64,000 nucleotides of DNA from Diadema antillarum (lineage: Eukaryota), in contig NW_027271474.1 of the NCBI RefSeq assembly GCF_040938485.1, forward strand, positions 248,001 to 312,000, written 5' to 3'. The position numbers and the translations under genes were made by a program. Of this stretch, positions 25,401 through 37,200 are shown one piece after another; the stretch's first letter is position 1; each line of letters starts with the position of its first letter. The notes beneath the pieces were generated by a model that was not told where the DNA came from, did no database searches, and saw nothing but the letters and a program-made list of their open reading frames with translations.

Positions 25401-26916
25401 CACTGATGTAGTGTGTGACACAGATCACTGGTGTAGTGTGTGACACAGATCACTGGTGTAGTGTGTGACACAGGTCACTGGTGTAGTGTGTGACACAGAT
25501 CACTGATGTAGTGTGTGACACAGATCACTGGTGTAGTGTGTGACACAGATCACTGGTGTAGTGTGTGACACAGATCACTGATGTAGTGTGTGACACAGGT
25601 CACTGATGTAGTGTGTGACACAGGTCACTGATGTAGTGTGTGACACAGATCACTGGTGTAGTGTGTGACACAGGTCACTGATGTAGTGTGTGACACAGGT
25701 CACTGGTGTAGTGTGTGACACAGATCACTGGTGTAGTGTGTGACACAGGTCACTGGTGTAGGGTGTGACACAGGTCACTGGTGTAGTGTGTGACACAGGT
25801 CACTGGTGTAGTGTGTGACAGATCACTGGTGTAGTGTGTGACACAGATCACTGGTGTAGTGTGTGACACAGATCACTGGTGTAGTGTGTGACACAGGTCA
25901 CTGGTGTAGTGTGTGACACAGATCACTGATGTAGTGTGTGGCACAGATCACTGGTGTAGTGTGTGACACAGGTCACTGGTGTAGTGTGTGACACAGATCA
26001 CTGATGTAGTGTGTGGCACAGATCACTGGTGTAGTGTGTGACACAGGTCACTGGTGTAGTGTGTGACACAGATCACTGGTGTAGTGTGTGACACAGATCA
26101 CTGATGTAGTGTGTGACACAGGTCACTGGTGTAGTGTGTGACACAGATCACTGATGTAGTGTGTGACACAGATCACTGATGTAGTGTGTGACACAGGTCA
26201 CTGGTGTAGTGTGTGACACAGATCACTGGTGTAGTGTGTGACACAGGTTACTGGTGTAGTGTGTGACACAGATCACTGATGTAGTGTGTGACATAGATCA
26301 CTGGTGTAGTGTGTGACACAGATCACTGATGTAGTGTGTGACACAGATCACTGATGTAGTGTGTGACACAGATCACTGGTGTAGTGTGTGACACAGATCA
26401 CTGGTGTAGTGTGTGACACAGGTCACTGGTGTAGTGTGTGACACAGATCACTGATGTAGTGTGTGACACAGATCACTGGTGTAGTGTGTGACACAGATCA
26501 CTGGTGTAGTGTGTGACACAGGTCACTGGTGTAGTGTGTGACACAGATCACTGATGTAGTGTGTGACACAGATCACTGGTGTAGTGTGTGACACAGGTCA
26601 CTGGTGTAGTGTGTGACACAGATCACTGATGTAGTGTGTGACACAGGTCACTGATGTAGTGTGTGACACAGGTCACTGATGTAGTGTGTGACACAGATCA
26701 CTGGTGTAGTGTGTGACACAGGTCACTGATGTAGTGTGTGACACAGATCACTGGTGTAGTGTGTGACACAGATCACTGATGTAGTGTGTGACACAGATCA
26801 CTGGTGTAGTGTGTGACACAGATCACTGGTGTAGTGTGTGACACAGGTCACTGGTGTAGTGTGTGACACAGATCACTGGTGTAGTGTGTGACACAGATCA
26901 CTGGTGTAGTGTGTGT
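22466..26916. repeat. 25-bp minisatellite/satellite array, consensus GTGTGTGACACAGATCACTGGTGTA, about 178 units
   Basis: Head-to-tail 25-bp period with two common A/G variable positions, a few rare variants and one 2-bp deletion near 25820. No spacers. Confidence 0.97.
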
Positions 26917-27692
26917 GATGATCACCGAAATCATGATTCCGCCGCACTAATGAGCTCATAGTTACTACAAAATTTTCTTCCATAATTTCATATTGTGCTG
27001 ACTTTACAATTACTTTCACTCATTTTTCTTGTTTTGATCACCTAGGGTATACCATGCTGAAAAAAAAAAAATAACAAAGTGATGGATTTCCATATGGTAC
27101 CCAGGGTACCAAGAACATCAAGAGAATGTGTTTGTTTGTTTTTTTTCATAAAATGAATATTTTGTCATTTTTCTTTGTAGATTTGATCAAGTGTTTATGT
27201 ACTGCATGCATGCTATTATTTCGATACCAGAGATTGTTTGAAGACTTTGCATCTACAGAGGGATGCACATCTGTAGAATCTGTGAACCAGAACTTTCAAA
27301 GATTCTCAAGTTTTTCAATATTGTATTCTCTGATTTTATTCAAACTTTCATCGAGTGTTTCGTTGAAGTTTCAGCATTTACTTCCTTGGTCAATGTCAGG
27401 CTACATGATGGAAGATAGTGTTGTGCAGACTGAGCTAATACATGCATAATTATGTCTTCTGCCGTCTCGTCTCTGTACATAAATACATGTACCAGTCTGG
27501 ACCCTAGTGTTGCGTAAAAGTCGAGATCAAACATAAGTCAGAAAATCAAACCCAAGTCTCTGAATACTCAATACTCTGATTGACTGATACCTGACTTATG
27601 ATTGATTTTTCTGTCTTACCTTTAGTTGCATCTTATCATGCATCATTGCATGCCCAGGAGGGTCTTTTTTTTTTTTGGCCCACCCCCAACCC

Positions 27693-27723
<31 letters not shown>

Positions 27724-27850
27724 ACGCCACACCACATCAAAGATATACAGTATTTAAGTAGTGTGTTTCTGTTGTAAGAATATGCGACAATGTCAACATT
27801 ATGCGATTGTTCAGACATGCTAAAAGGGCATTCAGATGCAGGCAGACATG

Positions 27851-27893
<43 letters not shown>

Positions 27894-30800
27894 AGAGCAT
27901 TGCTATCATTTTCTGTCCTTTCTTTTTCTGAACACTTTGTTATGCTTTCGCAAGAACGACACTATAAGACGAGTTACATTTGATATTCATGTTTCATTTT
28001 CTGCATTTTATTGAATAAAAATTTAAGTGTCACATTAATTACTAAGCTGCAGTTGCTTGAGCTGTACTGTTACTCCCTGTAATTATTGTAAAGCTTAAAA
28101 AAAAAAATGTTAAGTCTCCTTTTGCATGGGGTAGAACAATGATGGCACGGAACAGCAAAATACACCTGTTGTGAAGGTTCATGGTTACCTATACTGGGGT
28201 AACTTACATCGCACATGTTTTGTACATAGCACCATTTCTACATTTAAAGCTTGCATGAATAGAATCGCACACGGAATCACAGTCACAAAGGTTTCCATAT
28301 GATACTCTCAAGTGGCAAGTTAGGTGAAAAATGTGAGTGAGCGTGACTGGAAACCACGCTCCTCTTCATTCGTACCCGGTGTGAAGAAAAAGGAAATTAC
28401 GCTTGAGCTTGATTGCAGCAGGATGAACATTTAGCAATAAGTGTTTTCCGTCTCTGTATCAACTCCCCGATTGGTTGGGGAAAGATAAAATGGAGGAATA
28501 TTGGCAGCAATATTGAACTAACAAAGTGAGAAAGGCATGTGATACTCTTTTTTAAGACAATCATACCGGTCTATAGCACTGAACTTCTTCCGTACTTGCA
28601 CCAGTAAATATCTGTCTAACACAATAATCCTTGTGGCACTTACGAGAGTTCATAATAATGCGATGGAAATTTCACAAGTTGTGCGTACATTCAATTCCAA
28701 CGAATACACTACAGCATATTATATTTCATTTCATATAATATATGCATACATATACATATATCAAAACTGTAGTACAAAGTTGTCACACACTGGGAAAGTT
28801 TGTGCAAACTATAAGGAGACACGACACTGAATATCTGTTGAATATCATTCTTTAAAATATTCATGACAGTCTTTCAAGTTGTGCTTTCGTTGATATTTCA
28901 TCATTAGAAAATGTAAATAAATAATCTTTGTATGATACATATTGACAAAAAAAAATTATTGACAAGTATACATACACCAAGAATTGCAAATATTTTGGAC
29001 GTACAAGGCAAGTTTGATTGTGACATCACAACCCTGACATAAATAAACGTGCGCCATCAACTGAATCTCACAGAAAAGGCTCGCAGACTATGTCTCATAC
29101 ATACACACGCGAACACACATGCACATATTACACAGAGCACAGGCTCATCAGTTCCTGTATACCTCTCACTCTTTGGTTGTTGTTTTTTTATCAGGTATAC
29201 ATTATTGTGCACTGACTGCTAATGATGTGATTAACGTATGCGATACTGTGTCTACCTGTGAAACACATGTGGGAGACTTCATCGTGATTCCATATTTCAA
29301 ATGATATCAATGACATCTGCTTCATATAATTGCTGGCTGCAACCACAGCAATCTGTGCTGATGTTCACTGAAAATCAACAAAAATTAATTGCAACAGGGA
29401 AGTTTGCTGGAAGGGTTAAACAATTTTCTTCATTTCTGTGTGGTCTTTTAATAGAAAAAGTAGTAAAAAGACAGTTGTGGAAAATGTAGCATATCTGAAA
29501 GTGTATAGAAGGAAAAGGGTTAAATTCTTCAACACTTTCCTCAAGTTATATTTTGTAAATCCAGATAGATTTTTATTGAAATGGAAACTTGTTCCACAAT
29601 TGCAGTTTCTAGAGAACGATAATTGCATTGATATCATTTGAAACGAAGCTCACAGAGATAAGAACAGTACAAATTTTGTCAAGTGCATGTATCGAACGAA
29701 CAAAAAATCATATATACATGTTTGGAAGAAGAAATAATATTCATATAAACAATATATTTACAAATATTGCTACAGAGTATTTACATTATGTACAGGGTGG
29801 CATGCTATGTACAGGTGGAATCTACTCTACACTAATAAAAAATTGTTATTTCTACTGTTTCTTTTGAATAGTGCATCGCTCAAAACTTTATATTGTAGTC
29901 TTGCAGTCTGGGCTAATATTCTTTTTTTTTTCTAGATATGTCATGACATATGGCTACATTATTTTCTTTACCTCTTCTCTGAATAAATACTAATGGTACT
30001 GATCTTGCACTAACCACAAAATTCGTACATGGCTTTACTATTTCAATAATGTCCATGCTAATTAGCACACTTGGCAACTAATCGGCTAGTTTAGATAGCT
30101 CCTTGAGAGTATTCGGTAGTCTTCTTTCTTTTTTTTTCTTAGAGTAATGATATGCTGAATAAAGCAATGATTGTGATTTACTCTGGAAAAAGAGGGCGCC
30201 AATCACAGCTAGTTCCTGTATCATTGCCATGACTGCTATCGCGTCTACAGGCTGGGAACTACAGGGAGATATAGGTGATCAAGATTTCGGTATCTCTCTG
30301 CCAAAACCAGTCTGATGTTTCAGCTAACCCTTTGAGGTACACGCAGAAGTTATGATAATTCTTAGCATTCAAAAGCTTGATATAAATCATGCAGAGTAGT
30401 CCATGAGAGGAATACTCTAAGCAGGGAGGTGGGAAGAGACTTATTTAGGATACGGGAGCCAACCCCTTCTTCTGGTAACTGCAGGAACAATGTCCAAACA
30501 CTGTCCTGTCACTTTCTGGAGCTCTCTTGAAGAGCACTACGTCATAAGAGTTGGATGGAATGGAAGGAATTGGTGCAGGTTCCAGGGCCCCTGACTGGGA
30601 GCTTAGCCTCGCCCCAAGTCTCCCTGGACCTGGCCTGCGATATCAGCGGCGTCTGACTATCTCTCAGGTTTACTTTACTTTTCTTTTCTTTTTTTTTTCT
30701 CTATTTTTGCCTCTCATCTGCCATTCGGGTCTGCAGGAGAGCAAAGCAGCTGCTGGTAGACTCTTTTCAAAGCCGTATCAAACAAATCAGTCCTGCTATC

Positions 30801-31058
30801 CCGCCAGGCGCTCGTTCTCAGCATCATGTGCTGGTGTGCTGGCATCATAAGGAGAAGGGGAGAACGGTCTACGGTTGACCTTTGAACTCTGGCTGGTGAT
30901 GAATCCTTTTTTTCCCTCTCCTCTGAGCTTGTCTCACGGGCAGCAAAATGCAGCTTGCTTGCTATAGGCTGGCAGGGAAGCTAGCGTTTGATTTTCTTTG
31001 TCCAAAGGTGGCAGACAAGGCACGCACATCAGATTACGTCATTTTCTGTGCTTTGTGT

Positions 31059-31280
31059 CTATACGTGGCTACCTCCTATGGCGCCCTCTTCCGTGCGCAG
31101 CATGGGGGCGGGAGGTCCGTTCAGCTTCAGGCCTTCCTCCACGTTCTTCACTGGGTTGCTGGGGTCCAGTTCTCCACCCAGGTCGGTGCCGTAGGCAGCG
31201 TGAACGTTCCATGCATCCCGTCGGTCAGCGAGGGCCAGTGGTCCCCATTCGGGCTTGGGCGTGCAAATGTGCTTTAGTCT
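31059..31280 (-). CDS. SLC6A5/SLC6A9-like: SLC6 last coding exon: cytoplasmic C-terminus ending ..GGSHV
   Basis: [15 protein letters not shown].. contains the conserved P.W.GP motif; TAG at 31059-31061. Confidence 0.9.
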   Translation of the reverse strand, partial: RLKHICTPKPEWGPLALADRRDAWNVHAAYGTDLGGELDPSNPVKNVEEGLKLNGPPAPMLRTEEGAIGGSHV

Positions 31281-34200
31281 CTGTTTAGTAAAACAGAAAA
31301 CAATAAAGTGAGATGATCGAGAATTAGTATTTACGTTTTTCATTATCAAACTGGCAAATAAATCAGTTCTTCTATAATGAATTCTAGTATTCGGTATTCA
31401 ATACATACTGTTTGCACCTTCAGTATGATACAAAATGCAAACACTAATATCAATTTGATATCATAATTTTGAACACATCATTATTGGGCATGAATATTGT
31501 TATCATAAAATTTACCATCTAAGGAATTGTCATCGTCAGTCTGTTATCACCCCATGTGGGATATTCACTCCCCCCCCCCCCCCAACTTTTAATTTTGCAT
31601 TCATCACTCTTATCACAAGCTTATGAGATAGTGATGTAACTATGACAACAAATGAAACAAGAATGTTATGAATTTGTTAAGACACTCACCTCCATGAAGC
31701 TGCCGTCTGCGCGGACGAATTCGAAGGCCATGATGGCTGGGATCCAGATGAGGGAGGAACAGATCATCATCCAGCCGAGGGCGTGGGCCCAGCCGGGGAA
31801 CTCGTAGCTGCCGGCCGTTGGGAAGGTCCAGTTAGCCCAGTTGAAGCCGAGAACAAACTGTAAGAGGAATGGAAGAAAAGTGAGAGGGTAAATATTCAGG
31901 ATTGAATATGGAGTCTCCTTTCCCATCCCTATTTTATGAATCCAGACAGAGACTAAGATGCATATTGAAAATAGTGACTTTGAAGACTTGATACTGACAG
32001 ACCACAGAATTTTACAGGAAGGGGTTTCTAAAGATGATTTAAGTGTTTAAAGCAGTCCCTTGTTTTTCCTTAAATGATTCTGTGGGTGAGTATCCTTTTT
32101 CTTCTTTTTTTTTTCCATCTAAAGTTGTGAATCGACTTCAGTGGCATTTTGCACAAACAGAAAACAAGGACAAAACAATGGTGCATTAATTGAAGGCAGT
32201 CTCTAATACATTTCACTACTGTGCTTTATATCTGCCAGATATGCAGTAAGGCAGAGCAATTTCTTTTGAAAGTCAGAAGTTTATAAGTTCAATGGAAGCC
32301 ACAGCTTCATCAAGACTGTGTACCAATTCTAGTAGAGAGACACTTACCAGGAGCACTCCGGGGGTGATGCAGCACCAGGTGAGCGGCCAGAAGTTGAAGA
32401 GGACGTTGTCGACGATGCGGTCTCCCAGCATGGACCTGATGTCGTTGGTGAAGCGCTTGACGCCGTAGATCCAGCCGAGGCCGATGCACTCGCAGAGCCC
32501 GAAGATGAGCAGGGCGAAGTCGGCAGCATACTTGTCCATGAGGATGACCCAGTAACCGCCAGCCTGGGTGACACAGCTGAATCCGAGAAGAAAGCCGATC
32601 AGACAGTACGCCAGCACCACGATGGGCTTGCGCTTGCGCAGCGAGGGAAACTCATCCATAATTGCCGTGACGACCGTTTCGACGATGCAGAACTGGGGTT
32701 AGAGATGGATGCAAAGAATACGGACCAAGTGAGTGACTTGGTTCTTCCAAGATGGAAGTCAAAAGATGCAGTACAAAGTGATCTTTGACACATGCATTGT
32801 ACATGACAACTTGTCTTTATTTCACAGGATGATTAACACGAGGGCTTATATTGGCTAGTACACCAGGGTTCAAAGGTCACCACATTTGATCTTTTAATGC
32901 ATCTTCACAGACATTCTGTAGCATGTCATGTATTAATGATGAGGAATCAATGTATCCTTACCTGACTGTCCATGCCGAGGGTGAGAAGCATGAAGAAGAA
33001 GAGAATGGCCCAGAGGGGCGATACGGGGAGAAGAGTGACGGCCTCGGGGTATGCGATGAATGCCAGCCCAAATTCTGTAGAAGTCATAAAAAAAGAGATG
33101 ACAGTCTTTTTAGAGACATTAGCATTTTCATTAGACAGAGTCATACAAGTTTTTATTTAATAATTTAGCCAGCAATAATGTTGTGCTAAGTATCCTCGCT
33201 TTCCTATTCTGTAAGTAGACCATTCATGCATGATTCTGCTCGGATACTGGTATGGGCGTATCCACACTTGGCCTGTATTATCTGCAGTATACCTGCATGG
33301 ATTATTCATGTTTATTGGCCTATGAATAGGCATACTTTAGACACCATCATTATAATATGTATCTCACAACTCATTCTGAATGGCTGATTGACAGCATTTT
33401 CATATTTAACAAGAAAAATGAGAATTCAAATCCTTCAAACTGATTTACTGACATCCAAAGAACTGATTCACTGACATTTATTGTCTCTCTGCAACACACA
33501 CACACACACAAACAAACAAACAAAGGGAGGGGGAATATACTTACGTTCATCAACCACCTTGTCTACCGGCTTATCCAGGACGTGAGCCATGTGGCCCAGG
33601 ATAGAGAAGATCACAAATCCAGCGAAGACGGAGGTGCCGCAGTTCATGATGGGCACGATCATGGCGTCACGGAAACAGTTGTTCTTGAACTTGTTGTAGG
33701 AGGAGAGCGTGATAAGACCACCCCAGGAGGCGCTGAGGGAGTAGAAGATCTGGACGGCAGCATCCTTCCACACCTAGGTGATGGGGGGAGGAGAAGATGG
33801 AGAGGGATTATAAAATATCCCATCCAGTGCATTTATCTTCACATGCTTTGTGCAAACATACCTATATAGGCACCTATTTATGAAGCTGTTATATCCTGTT
33901 GACTCAGAATAGGTCACAATGATGATATGTTACCAACTCGAGAGAGAATAAGATGAGTACATGGGATGAATATAGAACTTAGAAGTATAGATTGACATGT
34001 TGTGAAATAAGAAGAGTGAGATATTAGGAGACAGCTATGCAGGCGCAGGTATTGAAAAAGAGCTTGAAAGAATTTAACATATTGACCATTGAAAAACTGG
34101 TGAAGTTTAGCTTTGTTTACTATTCCTATATTTCTATTTGTAAATTCATGGATATGTCTGCTGCTAGAGGTGATGAAAGCCCCATTGTTGAGCAGCACTG

Positions 34201-37200
34201 AGTAATTATCACTGAGAAAAAGGAGGCTTACCTTAGGATTCTGGAGAAGGTGCCACTCGGGGTAGATGAAGAACTTGATGCCTTCCCACTGACCCTCCAG
34301 GGTAAGCCCGCGGATGAGGAGGATGAAGAGCACCACGTAGGGGAAGGTGGCGGTGAAGTAGACCACCTTGCCGGATGACTTCACACCCTTGACCAGGCAG
34401 AAGAACATGAGGGCCCAGGCGAAGAACAGGCACAGGGTGAGCTTCCAGCTCACCACGCCCGGCTCGCCGATGCTCCCCGATTCGTTCAGCATCCCGTACC
34501 TGCACAAAAGTACGGAGAGACAATGATTGTCATTTCAGGGTCAGACTTCAGAGGACATGCCTATCAAGGCTAGATTATAATCGATTGGCTGAATGCCAAG
34601 GTCAAACGCGCCTTGCTGTGGTTATGGGTCAGATGATTTCAATAATGGCTTCTCGGGGGACAAAAAAAAAACAAAAACAGCAGACTACAGTAATCATTTC
34701 AACATAATCATTCTCTGTTTAATCAAAGTGGAATAGCGCCATCTACGTTGAAAGCAGTGCAATATTGTAGTCATCAAACAAGTGCAGTTGGCTACGCGTT
34801 GTCAGTTATGGGAAAGCTGACATAGTAATCAGTGTCTCCTTGATTGCCTTCAGCTCTATGCCATTGAGAGAATGGATTTATTGAAGGTCATTTTTATTTG
34901 AAAAGTCACACTCTACAAAATATCCACGAGAGTCGCCTGTCCGCAACAATTAACAACGAGAGGAGCATAGATGCGGCCTTGGTCGACCAACGAAATTGAA
35001 ATAAACCAAATTGCAACTACCCTGCTCGCACAATTTCTCCTGAGAGGAATGAATATGCAATTTCTTTGTCACTGGCGTGTTTACATCCATATAACATGTA
35101 ATATATAAACCTAATATTTTTTCATCAACGTTATCGCCTTCATTTTCTAAGGCAAGAAAAGCACAAAAGTAGACAGAAAATGCGTCGCAAGCAAGCACAG
35201 ACACATATACACATATAGACACACATACACATGTCATGTACTAGATGCGCACTTAACAAAAACGCAAAACTATAGGAAAGTGTAATTTCTTACTTGTAGA
35301 ACTGGGCGGAGGGGCTCTCGCGAAGTTCGTGCGACGGATCGCTGTACCCGGTGAAGTTACCGTCCTCTGAGAAGGTGACGTTGTACTGGGCCAGCTCCGT
35401 GTCCGTCATGTTGGCGACCGACACGCACTCGTTGCTGTCCGTCATGATCCCGCCGGCGGCCAGGCACTCCTTGACGAGCTCGGAGCAGAAGGGCGTGTTC
35501 CACGAATGGTGGCAGCCCTCCCACGGCAGCACGGCCGAGAACGAATGGAAGAAGTAGAAGAGCGAGTAGGTGATGATCACGTTGTAGTAGATCCCCACGA
35601 TGGCGGACACGACAACCATACCGTAGCCAACGCCTGGTCAATAACAAGAGGAGACAAAAATGGTTAGGTTGCTCGACCCATTACTAATAGTAGATCTATT
35701 AAATGTAAACAGACGATGAGATCGAATTACGCGTTTTTCATTCATATACTGTATCTGTAGTGTAAGTGTTGGGTCGCATAATTGTGATTACTTTTGCAGT
35801 GTCGTCGGGGAAAGACCAAGAAAGTACTAGGCATGTTTTATTCAATGTAAGTTCTTGGAGAGGCCATTAACAATGACAAACAAAGAGAAACGCAAAGAGA
35901 AGGTATCTTTCTGCCGTAACCCCCACCCCCCCCCCCAAAAAAATGCCCTTGTTTTGTATTGGGTGTATGTGTTGTATTTAATGTTCACCGCTGGGCCGGC
36001 AAAATGACCATCTCCCCATTAGGACCAATTATAAACCATTTGGCTCTCAATACGGACAGTATTTGTTCGTTTGTTTCATCAAGTTTGAAGGTTGGGGGGG
36101 GGGGGGGAGATAATAAATGCCATCTGAATTTGACCATGGACCTACTTTGACGTAGGTGTGTGTATTTCGATCCTGAAAAGTCTATCGGAGTGTGACGGTA
36201 ATCTTCTGTCCTGACGTCAGAAATATGTAGAAAATTGGGTTTAATTATCTGTGTGCAGCCATTGCTGCAAAGCCATGACTATTTCCTCCTCGCAACCCTA
36301 GTATTTACTTTTGCAACTCACACGCAAGAAACAATCCACCGGATGTCACAAAACTATACAATAGCGAACATTAGATCTGCGACGTAAACGCTAAGACGAC
36401 GCTATTAGGCACGAAAAGATGTTCTGCACATGGGCAGGACATCTGTTTGTATCATCCAACCCCCGGAGGAAACGTCGTCTTAGCGTTCGCGTCGCAGATC
36501 GAAAGCTCGCTAATACATAATGGACTTCTGACTAGGCGGCCAAAGTTATGTGTCCGTGTTTGGGTTTCTGGTTATGTTGTGTTTTTGTTCTGTTTTTTTT
36601 TTTTTTCAAGAATCGGTGATTCGGGGCTCAAATTATTGTTTGCACACTCACGGTGAATCATTCGCATACGCAAAACGCGTTTTCATTGTATGTGCGGTTT
36701 AGCAGACACACACAGCCCTGCCACACAGACACACCCACCCACACACAGACGCTCACAGGGAAAAATAACGAGAGAAACAGAAAGAGGGAGAGGCGAGAGA
36801 TAGAAGGGTAGACAACGTATTTTACGAAGACGCTGATTGGCCAATGGACACTCACCTCGCATTAATGGCACTGCGTTCCACGCCCTGATTGGTCCGCTGC
36901 TGCAATACTGACCGAAGGCCAGTTCCAGGAAAAAGAGCGGCACTCCAGCGAGACACAGCATCACGAGATACGGAATCAAAAAGGCGCCTGAAAAATTGTG
37001 GAGAACAAAACGTACGAGATATTTTTTAGCTTTGCATTTATCATATGCGAATTTTAATCAGTAATCATAATTGTCTATTCTAGAAGGAAATCGAAAGGAG
37101 AAATCGTGTTCGTGGAGGAAGTTTGTGTCAGTGTGTATACGGCGTCGTTACATTACATATCATACGCATTCTGTATATAGTTTCACAAAAACATGACGCC

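Noticed and set aside
22466-26916. Possible CRISPR array or repetitive coding region
   Set aside because: Units are head-to-tail with no unique spacers, there are no cas genes, and the context is eukaryotic. The 25-bp period cycles stop codons through all frames on both strands.
28227-28237. Match to the 5' part of miR-29 (TAGCACCATTT)
   Set aside because: Only 11 nt match and no precursor hairpin is visible.
30551-31288. Several GC-rich + strand ORFs near the SLC6 3' end
   Set aside because: They are antisense shadows of the last SLC6 exon or 3' UTR sequence with no domain signal.
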